A stretch of 48,822 nt of DNA from Flavobacteriales bacterium (GTDB lineage: Bacteria > Bacteroidota > Bacteroidia > Flavobacteriales_D > Crocinitomicaceae): positions 1 to 48,822 of the forward strand of contig JBJTWL010000093.1 of NCBI GenBank assembly GCA_046081745.1, written 5' to 3'. The notes beneath the pieces are model-generated. The model made no database searches. It had not been told where the DNA came from and was given only the letters and a program-made list of their open reading frames with translations. A program made the translations under genes and the position numbers. This document shows, one piece after another, positions 35,502 through 44,345 of this stretch. The first letter of the stretch is position 1. Every line of letters starts with the position of its first letter.

Positions 35502-38303
35502 ATGAAAACATTCATTGAACAATGTGCAAGAGAATTGGTGTCTCGGCATGAAGACACCTCAAATTATGTACTCGTTATCCCTTCCAAAAGAGCAAAAAAA
35601 TATGTGCTAGAGGAATTAGCGAGAACCTATAATAAACCAATCTTTCTTCCAATCATTTACACGATTGAAGAGTTTACCGCTCGTTGGATCAACCAACCTA
35701 TTATAGACAAAACAAGGCAATTGTTTCTGTTATTCAAGGTAATTAAATCCACAGAAAAGTTCCAAGACCTATCGTTTGAGGAGTTTTTGAATTGGGGTCC
35801 TATGTTGACAGATGATTTTGAAGATATAAATCGGTATTTGCTAAATGCAAATCATGTGTTTTCGAATTTATTGGCAATTAAAGAATTAGAAAGTTGGAAC
35901 CTGGATGAATCTCAAGAATTATCAGAAAGCCAGCGTAAGTTTATGGAGTTTTGGGATGAGCTACCCGCCATTCATCAGGCCTTTAATAAGGCACTTAGTT
36001 CACAAAATAAATCTACTTCAGGACAAGCCCTCAGGCATCTTGCAGAATATGCAGTTGATTTAATTTCTGATGATAAGCATTACTACTTTATCGGATTTAA
36101 TGCCTTATCCTTGGGTGAGCTTACAGTGATTAATGCGTTAAAACAGCGTAAACAAGCAACATATTGGGTGGATGCGGATGAATATTATGTAAACAATCCG
36201 AGGCATGAAGCAGGTACTTTTATTCGAAAGAATTTGGCTTTTTTGGGTTTGAATGAGACACCGTTTATCCAAAACTCGTTGGTAGATAAGCCATTAAATA
36301 TCAATGTTGTTGCTTGTTCTCAAATTACTGGACAGGTAAAGTTAGCTGCTACTGAGTTGGCTAAAAAATCAGTTGAATCCCTGAATCAAACCCTGGTTTT
36401 GTTGGCAGATGAAACATTAATTGTTCCATTAATGAAGAATATCCCTTCAAGCGTTAATCGAGCAAACATAACCATTGGATTGCCTCTAAAACAGACCTCT
36501 ATAAAGTCCTTAATTGACGTGCTGTTTTCGATTCAAGAAAACTATATTAGATTTAACACTAAGGCGGCTTATTATAAGGACTTGATGGGCTTATTTCAGC
36601 ATCCATTAATTGCTGTTTGGCTCGATAAACCAACCATAAATCAGATTAATGAATGGGAGCGGAAAACGATTCAACAAAACAAAGTATTTCAGCATACCGC
36701 TCGTGTATCATTTAGCCCATTGTTGGATGAGCTGACATCGATTGCATTTACTGCGTGGGACGGTAATTATCAAATGGGGATAACTTTAATGCAGCAGTTG
36801 ATCAGTATATTGGAACAACAAATGCAACAGGGGGTTGAGTTAGAGCACCAGCAGTTAATTGTGTTTCAAGAGGCCCTTGTGACGTTGTCTGTTTTGGCGG
36901 CGGAAGGGCTGCCTACCATGAATATTAAAACGTTTAGAACGTTTTTTAATCAGCATTGGAATAAAAAAGCCATCGCATTTCATGGAAACCCAACCCAAGG
37001 GCTACAAATTATGGGATTGCTTGAAAGTCGAATGTTAGATTTCAAGCAGTTAATTGTGCTTGGTATGAATGAGGGAATGTTACCTTCAACCAATCCAATT
37101 GATTCAATAATTCCAATGGATCTACGAAGGGGGCTTGGCCTGCCCACGGCTAGAGAGAAACAGGGCTTATTTGCGCATCATTTTTATCGCTTGTTGCATA
37201 CTGCAGAAGAAGTAATGATTACTTATGGAATCTCCAATGATTCACTGGGAACCTCTGAGCCGAGTCGATATATCGCACAACTTGAAATGGAATTAGCCCG
37301 GGTTAATGAAAATTGTTCCATACAACATCACTTTTATTCAACGTCATTTCCTGAAAACAATGAATTTGATTCTGCAGTGGTTGTAAAACGACCACAAATA
37401 CATTTGTTGCTTGAAAATTATTTTTCAAAAAACATTTCAGCCAGTGCGATCGGTAAATATTTATCATGTCCACTTGACTTCTATTATCGTTATTTAGCCG
37501 AATTTGGAGAAGAAGATTCAGTAGAAGAAGAGCTGGAATCAAGCAGTATGGGCAGATTTATACACAATACGCTAGAAAAATTATTTACCCCGTTTGTGGA
37601 AGTAGATAAACAAGGAAATCTAGTTACTCCACCTCCTCCTGCCATTTCAACCCAGGATGTAGAAAACATGTTGCTTGTTGCGCCCGCATTGTTAAAAGAA
37701 GAATTTTTGGCTTTTTTAAATAATGACAACAACCTTATAGAAACTGGGAAAAACTGGCTCACCTATAATGTGGCTAAAGAATTAACCCTTAATCTGTTAA
37801 AAAACGATATCACGTACATTAACCGTCAAGCAGAGCCGGTTTATATTCATCGTGTAGAAGCGAAATTAACGGCACCTATGACGGTTATGATTGCCGATGT
37901 AGAAAAGCAGGTACAGTGGATTGGATTTGTGGATAGAATTGATCGGGTTGGCGATTCATTCAGGTTGGTTGATTATAAGAGCGGCAAAGTAAAAATAGAA
38001 GACGTTACCTATAAACGGAAAGACACCGTAGTAGAATCTTTTAAAGGATGTAAACACGCGCTACAACTGGCCGTTTATACGTACTTGTTTAAATCTGCCT
38101 ATAACCAGCACCCAGCATCTATGGGGATTTATGCCATTCAGCGTAAAACAGATGCGTTTTTTCCGTTGGACATTAATGGTCTAACTCATGAAGAATTCTT
38201 ATCGGATTTTCAGCAATTAATGAATGAGGTAATTTCACAAATATTTGATGAAACCATTCCATTTACTCATGCCTCAACCGCTAAATATTGTGGTTATTGT
38301 TAA
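35502..38303 (+). CDS. AddB-like PD-(D/E)XK nuclease family protein with degenerate (inactive-looking) helicase domains
   Basis: 933 aa. C-terminal RecB-type nuclease motifs (GFVDRIDR, LVDYKSGK, QLAVYTYL) are flanked by Cys residues (YLSCPLDF ... AKYCGYC-stop). The N-terminal region has no intact Walker A (VIPSKRAKKY). Confidence 0.7.
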   Translation: MKTFIEQCARELVSRHEDTSNYVLVIPSKRAKKYVLEELARTYNKPIFLPIIYTIEEFTARWINQPIIDKTRQLFLLFKVIKSTEKFQDLSFEEFLNWGPMLTDDFEDINRYLLNANHVFSNLLAIKELESWNLDESQELSESQRKFMEFWDELPAIHQAFNKALSSQNKSTSGQALRHLAEYAVDLISDDKHYYFIGFNALSLGELTVINALKQRKQATYWVDADEYYVNNPRHEAGTFIRKNLAFLGLNETPFIQNSLVDKPLNINVVACSQITGQVKLAATELAKKSVESLNQTLVLLADETLIVPLMKNIPSSVNRANITIGLPLKQTSIKSLIDVLFSIQENYIRFNTKAAYYKDLMGLFQHPLIAVWLDKPTINQINEWERKTIQQNKVFQHTARVSFSPLLDELTSIAFTAWDGNYQMGITLMQQLISILEQQMQQGVELEHQQLIVFQEALVTLSVLAAEGLPTMNIKTFRTFFNQHWNKKAIAFHGNPTQGLQIMGLLESRMLDFKQLIVLGMNEGMLPSTNPIDSIIPMDLRRGLGLPTAREKQGLFAHHFYRLLHTAEEVMITYGISNDSLGTSEPSRYIAQLEMELARVNENCSIQHHFYSTSFPENNEFDSAVVVKRPQIHLLLENYFSKNISASAIGKYLSCPLDFYYRYLAEFGEEDSVEEELESSSMGRFIHNTLEKLFTPFVEVDKQGNLVTPPPPAISTQDVENMLLVAPALLKEEFLAFLNNDNNLIETGKNWLTYNVAKELTLNLLKNDITYINRQAEPVYIHRVEAKLTAPMTVMIADVEKQVQWIGFVDRIDRVGDSFRLVDYKSGKVKIEDVTYKRKDTVVESFKGCKHALQLAVYTYLFKSAYNQHPASMGIYAIQRKTDAFFPLDINGLTHEEFLSDFQQLMNEVISQIFDETIPFTHASTAKYCGYC

Positions 38304-38305
38304 AT

Positions 38306-38340
38306 AAAAAAGCCGAAAAAGGTGGTTTTTCGGCTTTCTC
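38306..38340. terminator. bidirectional intrinsic terminator between convergent genes
   Basis: 11-bp stem aagccgaaaaa (38310-38320) / tttttcggctt (38326-38336) with a 5-nt loop. An A-run lies upstream, giving a TTTTTTAT tail on the minus strand. Confidence 0.7.
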
Positions 38341-38385
38341 TGCAAGTTAAATAAATCTAAGCTTACGCCTATGAGTATAATCATG

Positions 38386-38407
38386 ACGTATTGTAACTAC
38401 AATACGT
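38386..38407. repeat. perfect 10-bp inverted repeat acgtattgta-ac-tacaatacgt
   Basis: Read directly. Lies 11 nt downstream of the stop of the 119-aa gene (minus strand). No adjacent U-tract. Confidence 0.6.
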
Positions 38408-38417
38408 TGCCTATCTC

Positions 38418-38777
38418 TTAATATAATTGTGATTTTAAAGCGTCTCTGTAATCTTTTAATTCTTCCCGATTTACTTTTTGTTCCGCATTTTGAAGCAAGG
38501 ATAGAAGATATAATAAATTATCTTTTTCATCAATTTCAATCGGATATTCATTGCCTTCCTCGTCCTCGTCAAATTGACCCTCAACGTCGAAAGATTGGTT
38601 TTCTGTTAAATATTCATAGGTTAATCGAAGGACTTTTACTACTAATGGGTCTTTCTCTTCAAGTGCTTTAACACGAAGCGACGTTAATTCATCAATTAAT
38701 TTAGGGGCGGTTACGCCCTCTTTTTCTACCATTTTTATAATAGCATCTAGCTTATCATTGGCTAATTTCGTTCTCAT
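38418..38777 (-). CDS. small highly acidic hypothetical protein
   Basis: 119 aa with helical-looking ends and an acidic centre (DVEGQFDEDEEGNEYPIEIDEKD). Has its own -7 box and terminator. No family recognised. Confidence 0.6.
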   Translation of the reverse strand: MRTKLANDKLDAIIKMVEKEGVTAPKLIDELTSLRVKALEEKDPLVVKVLRLTYEYLTENQSFDVEGQFDEDEEGNEYPIEIDEKDNLLYLLSLLQNAEQKVNREELKDYRDALKSQLY

Positions 38778-38795
38778 GAATCTATTTTAATGGAG

Positions 38796-38803
38796 CAAAG
38801 ATA
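38796..38803 (-). promoter_or_regulatory. -7 box (TATCTTTG) for the 119-aa gene
   Basis: Exact TAnnTTTG on the minus strand, 18 nt upstream of ATG 38777. Confidence 0.45.
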
Positions 38804-38865
38804 CAGATTATTCCACTTTTATTTCATTGTGTCAGATAGAATTCACCATACCCGAACCTTTTGAT

Positions 38866-38873
38866 TATTTTTG
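38866..38873 (+). promoter_or_regulatory. -7 box (TATTTTTG) for the LysE-family gene, 5 nt before the ATG
   Basis: Exact TAnnTTTG on the plus strand. It lies inside the TTG-initiated track ORF (38861). Confidence 0.4.
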
Positions 38874-38878
38874 TAGAT

Positions 38879-39544
38879 ATGGAGTATGTTTTCCAAGCCA
38901 TCGGAATTGGATTCCTATTAAGCATAATGATTGGGCCGGTATTTTTTGTTTTGCTAGAGATTAGTATAACAAAAGGATTTAAATCCGCCATTATTTTTGA
39001 TCTTGGTGTGTTGTTGAGTGATTTGTTTTATCTCGTTATTTCCTTGTTTTTTGCGTATCAATTAAAAGGGCTAGGTGATGTTAAGAACAACTTGGCACTG
39101 AGTGTGTTAGGCGGTTCTCTTTTTATTTCATTTGGGGTTTATAATTTATTTTTTAAAAAAGTAAAATTGGAGCCCATTGATATTTCTAAAGAATTAATTG
39201 ATGAGCCTGAACAACAGGTTAAACCGAATAGCAAAAAAGACAACACCGTTTTAGTGCTTAAAGGATTCACACTAAATTTTTTAAATCCCGGCGTTGTAAT
39301 ATATTGGTTGGCCATCGTCGCAAAAGGATTCGATTTAGTCGCTAAATATGAAAGTGATATTCATATTGCTATTTATTTGGCGATTATTTTAAGCACCTTC
39401 TTTGGAATTGATGGTTTGAAAGCCTATGTTGCCAATAAGCTAAAACCTTTGGTAACGGTTACCTTGTTAAAAGCCCTAAATGTGCTCATAGGGGTTGTAT
39501 TTTCCGGAACAGGAGTTTTTCTAATTCTGCGGCAGCTCATTTAA
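38879..39544 (+). CDS. LysE/RhtB-family amino-acid exporter
   Basis: About 221 aa from ATG 38879 (MEYVFQAIGIGFLLSIMIGPVFFVLLE). Six-TM small translocator pattern with the N-terminal GP motif of LysE family. Confidence 0.75.
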   Translation: MEYVFQAIGIGFLLSIMIGPVFFVLLEISITKGFKSAIIFDLGVLLSDLFYLVISLFFAYQLKGLGDVKNNLALSVLGGSLFISFGVYNLFFKKVKLEPIDISKELIDEPEQQVKPNSKKDNTVLVLKGFTLNFLNPGVVIYWLAIVAKGFDLVAKYESDIHIAIYLAIILSTFFGIDGLKAYVANKLKPLVTVTLLKALNVLIGVVFSGTGVFLILRQLI

Positions 39545-39557
39545 ATGTAACATATCT

Positions 39558-41288
39558 ATGCATTTTCGTTTGTTTTTTATGAATTACGTTGCGTTGGTGT
39601 TCCTTGTTTTTGTAGGTTATGCCGCTTGCGCTCAAAAGATTTTACCCGAAAACCTGGGGCCTAAAGTAAAAGTGTTTTGGGATGCTAATAACAAAAGAAT
39701 TCATTCAACCGGCTGTTATTATATTGATGAGATCAACACTAACACGTCCGAAAAACATGGAAAATGGATTTTTTATGCATTGGATGGTACGGTTGAAGAA
39801 GAGCGTTATTTTTATCGAAACCGTATGCACGGTAAACAAACCACTTACTTCCCTAATAAACAAATTAAACAACAGTATTTTGCTACTTTTAATGTGCCAG
39901 ATTCTACGTTTAAAGAATACAATGAACAGGGGACTTTACTCATTCAAGGCAATTATCAATTAGGCTCACCAGAGGGTTTGTGGACGTATTATTATGCGAA
40001 TTCCTCGCTTTGGAAAACTGAAATTGTAAAAAATGATACCACCTATTTAGTTGATTATTTTGAGTCTGACACTCTACACACCCAGACCGTAAAGGCAGGA
40101 AACGGACAGGTAAACACCTACTACACTTACGGGGGGCTCAAAGAATCTTATACATTTAATAATGGATTAAGAGATGGCCCGTTTATAGAATTGCTCGCTT
40201 CCGGAAAGACATCGATTGAAGGGGCATTTTCTGGGGGTAAAAAACAAGGAAAATGGGTGTTTTATTTTCCCAATGGTAGCATAGAAAAACAGCAGAATTT
40301 CATTCAAGATTCCTTACACGGGTCTTATCTCGTTTATTATGAAAACGGGGTGTTACAAACCGAAGGGAATTATCAATTGGGGAAAAAAGAAGGACCCTGG
40401 ATTTGGCGAAGAATGGATGGTGGTGAGGATATGAATGGATCATTTGCCTCGAATGCACAGCACGGTGTTTGGACGTATTATTATTCCTCGGGCGAACTTT
40501 CCTACACGGCAACATTTAATCATGGGTTAAAAGAAGGAGAGTGGAATTATTACTACAAGAACGGCACCCCTTTTAAAAAAGGCAACTATCAATCCGATTT
40601 GAAGCAAGGACTTTGGCAGACTTGGTATGAGGACGGCACTACATTACTTTCGGGAGCGTATAATCAGGGAAAAGAACATGGAGAATGGAAGAACTTTTGG
40701 CCAAATGGCAGGGTTAAAAACACCGCCTTTTATAGGGAAGGAAAGCTTAACGGCGCATGGTATTCGTTTAGTCCAGAAGGTAAATTACTTCTATTCGGAC
40801 GCTACAAACATGCTCACAAAACAGGCAAGTGGACGGAATTCTACAATAATGGAAGGAAAAAAGAGGAGGTTTCATATAAAGTAAAAACGCTGAAAAATGC
40901 TTCTCAAGATGTGGTGGCTCTTGGATTTAAGGAAAAACAAAGCGTAGAGCATGGGGTGTATAAAGCATACTCACAAATTGATTTTGAAATTAAGGAAACA
41001 GGTAAATATCACTTGGGTAAAAAGGTTGGAACTTGGGTGAATTATTATCCGGGCGGCGTGGTGCCTGCTGTGGTTTCAACCTTTAAAAACGGGCTACTTC
41101 ACGGAGCGTTTTATCAAAATGATCGGCGGGGAAATAAAATGAATGAGATTCATTATAAGAATGGCTTAAAGGATGGATTATTTATTGTTTACGGAAGCAA
41201 CGGAAAGCCAATCACTCAAAAGATGTTTCGTAAAGGCCATGAATTACAGCGTGTTTCAGGACAGAACCCTTTTTCTCCTGAAAAATAA
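39558..41288 (+). CDS. secreted MORN-variant (YwqK-type) repeat protein
   Basis: 576 aa with signal-like N-terminus (MHFRLFFMNYVALVFLVFVGYAACAQ). This is followed by many approximately 23-aa repeats of the form G.W..YY.NG......Y..G...G.W (for example EGPWIWRR, HGVWTYYYSSGE, EGEWNYYYKNGT, QGLWQTWYEDGT, HGEWKNFWPNGR). Confidence 0.75.
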   Translation: MHFRLFFMNYVALVFLVFVGYAACAQKILPENLGPKVKVFWDANNKRIHSTGCYYIDEINTNTSEKHGKWIFYALDGTVEEERYFYRNRMHGKQTTYFPNKQIKQQYFATFNVPDSTFKEYNEQGTLLIQGNYQLGSPEGLWTYYYANSSLWKTEIVKNDTTYLVDYFESDTLHTQTVKAGNGQVNTYYTYGGLKESYTFNNGLRDGPFIELLASGKTSIEGAFSGGKKQGKWVFYFPNGSIEKQQNFIQDSLHGSYLVYYENGVLQTEGNYQLGKKEGPWIWRRMDGGEDMNGSFASNAQHGVWTYYYSSGELSYTATFNHGLKEGEWNYYYKNGTPFKKGNYQSDLKQGLWQTWYEDGTTLLSGAYNQGKEHGEWKNFWPNGRVKNTAFYREGKLNGAWYSFSPEGKLLLFGRYKHAHKTGKWTEFYNNGRKKEEVSYKVKTLKNASQDVVALGFKEKQSVEHGVYKAYSQIDFEIKETGKYHLGKKVGTWVNYYPGGVVPAVVSTFKNGLLHGAFYQNDRRGNKMNEIHYKNGLKDGLFIVYGSNGKPITQKMFRKGHELQRVSGQNPFSPEK

Positions 41289-43439
41289 TTAAGCGGATTT
41301 AAGCACGAAATCGATTTGACGTTTTCTAGGGCTTACTTCATCCACTTGTACGCTAACAACATCCCCTAAATTGAGGGTGTTCCCACTTCGTTTACCAACC
41401 ACCGCATATCGATCGGGATCAAAGAAATAACGATCGGAGGTAATAGATTGGATCGAAACCATTCCTTCACAGTGATTTGTCGTTAATCTTACAAAAATGC
41501 CATATTCAGAAATCCCGGAAATAATTCCTTCAAAGGTTTCTCCGATGTGGTCAATTAACATAAGCGTTTGAAAATATTTAACCGATTCACGCTCTGCTTC
41601 AATGGCTTTTCGTTCATTTGAAGAAATTCGTTTACATATTTCTTCAAGATTAATACTGCTTTTTATACTCCCGGTTTGTGTTTTTTCAAACAGTTGACGA
41701 TGTACGATTAAATCAGCATACCTCCTAATGGGTGAAGTGAAATGTGTATATTCCTTAAAAGCCAATCCAAAGTGACCTTTATTATTGGTACTGTAAACCG
41801 CCTTGGCCATAGACCTTACTACCATTCCCTGAATCAGTGAAAAGAACGGTTCATTTTCAATTTCTTCGAGTAATTTATTAAGATTCAGGGCGGCCTCTTG
41901 TATTTGGTCGATATTCAACTCCAATCCGAATTTTTCGCAAAACAAGGTTAATAAGCCTAGTTTTTCTAAATCAGGCAAATCGTGTACCCGGTAAATAGTA
42001 TGATGAGTTTCTGCTTTTTCTTTTTTCGGACTTAAATAGGCCGCGATGGAACGATTTGCTAACAACATAAACTCTTCAATAAGCTGATGAGATTCTTTTG
42101 AGGTTTTCAGTACAGTTCCTGTGGGGGCCCCATTTTCGGAGAGCACAAATCGAAGCTCTTCAGATATAATGTTTAATGCTCCTTTTTTGAAGCGGCTTGC
42201 GCGAAGCGCTTTAGCGATTTTGTTGAATGTGTGCACTTCTTCGGCATATTGTTCTTCAGACCCTTCAATTATGCCTTGAACTTCTTCATAGGTGTATCGT
42301 CGATTTGAGTGAATCACCGTTTTACCGTACCAAGAAGAAACCACTTCATGGGCATCGTTGAATTCAAATACTGCAGAAAAAGCCAGTTTGTCTTCATGAG
42401 GCCTTAATGAACACAATACATTGGAAAGTTGCTCCGGCAACATGGGCATTACGCGATCCACTAAATAAACCGAATTCGAGCGCTTTAATGCCTCTTTATC
42501 TAAGGCCGAACCTTCTTGTATATAATGTCCAACATCCGCTATGTGTACTCCGATTTTAAGGTTTCCATTTTCCAAACGCTCAATAGAAAGCGCATCGTCA
42601 AAATCCTTGGCATCAACCGGGTCAATGGTAAAGGTGGTAATGGATCTAAGATCTAGTCGTTTTGCTATTTCTTGAGCAGTAATTTCTGTAGAAATTAAAC
42701 TTGCTTCTCGTAAAACTTCCTCCGGAAAAAAGGGATCAAACCCTTGATTAATTAAAATCGAGATCATTTCAGCATCGTTCGTTCCCGCATAACCCAGTAG
42801 CGCAACCACCTCCCCATATGGCATTTTTCGTTGTTCGGGCCATACGGTAATTTTTACTACAGTCCGCATGCCTTGTTGAGCCCCATTTAACTTGCTTTCT
42901 GGGATTTCAACCGGAACCCCGAATTTTGCCGAATCTGGATATAAAATGGCTTTTTGGTTACGGATCTTAATCGTACCAACTAATTGCATTCGAGCACGCT
43001 CCAGTACGTTTAAAATTAATCCTTCGCGCTTCCCGTTTCGGTCTTTAATTATTGTGATTTGCACCCGGTCTCCGTCCATGGCAATCCCTTTGTTTTCCTC
43101 GCGAATCATCACATCATTCGACGAGCCGTCTATTCGAACAAAACCAAATCCTTTGGCATTCATTTCAAGCACACCTTCTTCAGGCGTTTGAATGGGCAAT
43201 GTAAAACTGTGGTGATTGAGTTGGTTTAATTGTCGTTTTTCAACCAAGGCCATTAAGGCATCAAAAACATGTTGCCGTTCATTGGGTGTTTTAGCGGACA
43301 ATAAATAACAAAGTTGTTTATGGGTGAGTGTCGCACCTTGATTTTTCGCGAATACATTTAGCACAAGGTTTCTGTAACCGCCGCTTGATTGTTTTTCAGG
43401 TTTATTGTGGGGCGCACCTCGGTGCTTTTTTTTAGCCAT
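41289..43439 (-). CDS. rnr: ribonuclease R
   Basis: 716 aa with a basic N-terminus, cold-shock-like domains, an RNB catalytic domain (TIDPVDAKDFDDALS, HFTSPIRRYADLIVHR) and a C-terminal S1 domain. Confidence 0.9.
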   Translation of the reverse strand: MAKKKHRGAPHNKPEKQSSGGYRNLVLNVFAKNQGATLTHKQLCYLLSAKTPNERQHVFDALMALVEKRQLNQLNHHSFTLPIQTPEEGVLEMNAKGFGFVRIDGSSNDVMIREENKGIAMDGDRVQITIIKDRNGKREGLILNVLERARMQLVGTIKIRNQKAILYPDSAKFGVPVEIPESKLNGAQQGMRTVVKITVWPEQRKMPYGEVVALLGYAGTNDAEMISILINQGFDPFFPEEVLREASLISTEITAQEIAKRLDLRSITTFTIDPVDAKDFDDALSIERLENGNLKIGVHIADVGHYIQEGSALDKEALKRSNSVYLVDRVMPMLPEQLSNVLCSLRPHEDKLAFSAVFEFNDAHEVVSSWYGKTVIHSNRRYTYEEVQGIIEGSEEQYAEEVHTFNKIAKALRASRFKKGALNIISEELRFVLSENGAPTGTVLKTSKESHQLIEEFMLLANRSIAAYLSPKKEKAETHHTIYRVHDLPDLEKLGLLTLFCEKFGLELNIDQIQEAALNLNKLLEEIENEPFFSLIQGMVVRSMAKAVYSTNNKGHFGLAFKEYTHFTSPIRRYADLIVHRQLFEKTQTGSIKSSINLEEICKRISSNERKAIEAERESVKYFQTLMLIDHIGETFEGIISGISEYGIFVRLTTNHCEGMVSIQSITSDRYFFDPDRYAVVGKRSGNTLNLGDVVSVQVDEVSPRKRQIDFVLKSA

Positions 43440-43450
43440 TATAAGGCCAG

Positions 43451-44215
43451 TTAATGGCGAATAATTATTTTTCTTGTGAACGGTTTGGTTGATTGTCCCT
43501 CAAATGAAATGAAATAAACGCCGCTTTTAAATTCAGAGGTATTGATTTTTTTCGATGAACTCACCTGGTCACGAATGATTGTGGAACCCATCGCATCCAA
43601 AATTTTGAACTGAAAAGATTCTCCACCACTCACGGAAATGTTAATATAATCATCCGCGGGATTTGGCACTAAGGTAACACTTACAGGATCTTTAAGTGGT
43701 TTAACATCGGCTACATAGTCTACAATTACGTCCACTGAGTCAAGATAAGTTGTACCCGAAGTACTTGTAATATAATATCTATAATGTCCTGTTCCTGAAA
43801 TTCCGTCCGCAGGGTTAAAATCCGGCTTCATTTTCCCATACTCACCGGGTAACAAATCAAAAAGAACCGCTGCCCCACCGGGAGAAGTCCATGGGGAGGT
43901 GTTCATTTGGGTACTTGAATAACACGACCCTCCAAAGGGGTCTGTAGCGTGTCCCCAACACAATCCGTCAGTCCAGCCTCCAGGCACTGAAATATGGGAT
44001 CGGGTAATTCTCCATTTTTGGGTATTGGCGGTATTGTTGTAAACATCAAACGTTACGTCAAATGCAGCAGCAGAGGGCGCCGCGACTTGGTATGGTCCTG
44101 CGCCAGACGAAAGATCGGTAGTTTGTCCGTCAAGATAAATCACAATATTATCCTGAGCAACGGAATAAAAACCGATTAAAATCGACGCAACAAAAGGGAG
44201 AATAATTTTAGTCAT
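43451..44215 (-). CDS. secreted protein with T9SS type-A C-terminal sorting domain
   Basis: Start placed at ATG 44215 (MTKIILPFVASILIGFYSVAQ, signal peptide) and supported by the -7 box at 44236. Has a C-terminal Por secretion tail (VPNPADDYINISV...GVYFISF...KIIIRH). Function of the N-terminal domain unknown. Confidence 0.75.
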   Translation of the reverse strand: MTKIILPFVASILIGFYSVAQDNIVIYLDGQTTDLSSGAGPYQVAAPSAAAFDVTFDVYNNTANTQKWRITRSHISVPGGWTDGLCWGHATDPFGGSCYSSTQMNTSPWTSPGGAAVLFDLLPGEYGKMKPDFNPADGISGTGHYRYYITSTSGTTYLDSVDVIVDYVADVKPLKDPVSVTLVPNPADDYINISVSGGESFQFKILDAMGSTIIRDQVSSSKKINTSEFKSGVYFISFEGQSTKPFTRKIIIRH

Positions 44216-44235
44216 ATAAAGTATTTCAATCTTTT

Positions 44236-44243
44236 CAAAGTTA
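44236..44243 (-). promoter_or_regulatory. -7 box (TAACTTTG) for the T9SS cargo gene (and probably rnr)
   Basis: Exact TAnnTTTG on the minus strand, 20 nt upstream of ATG 44215. Confidence 0.45.
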
Positions 44244-44296
44244 ATAAAAATACGATGGTTTCCAAATGGATAACATGTAAATATGCATTTTTCATG

Positions 44297-44304
44297 TAAA
44301 TTTG
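44297..44304 (+). promoter_or_regulatory. -7 box (TAAATTTG) for the tlpA-DUF6029-omp28-like operon
   Basis: Exact TAnnTTTG on the plus strand, 41 nt upstream of ATG 44346. It lies inside the longer track ORF (44283). Confidence 0.45.
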
Positions 44305-44345
44305 AAATGGCAAAGTATTTGCTAGGCACACGAAAATTTAACAAC

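Noticed and set aside
35502-38777. The PD-(D/E)XK nuclease plus the small acidic ORF as a defence or anti-defence pair.
   Set aside because: The genes are convergent with separate promoters and a terminator between them. The nuclease has the architecture of the recombinational-repair AddB family, and no methylase, ATPase or other defence hallmark is adjacent.
39558-41288. A toxin-antitoxin system, based on the YwqK 'antitoxin' repeat type.
   Set aside because: There is no toxin-like partner on either side. The protein is 576 aa with a signal peptide, and its neighbours are an exporter and a convergent rnr.
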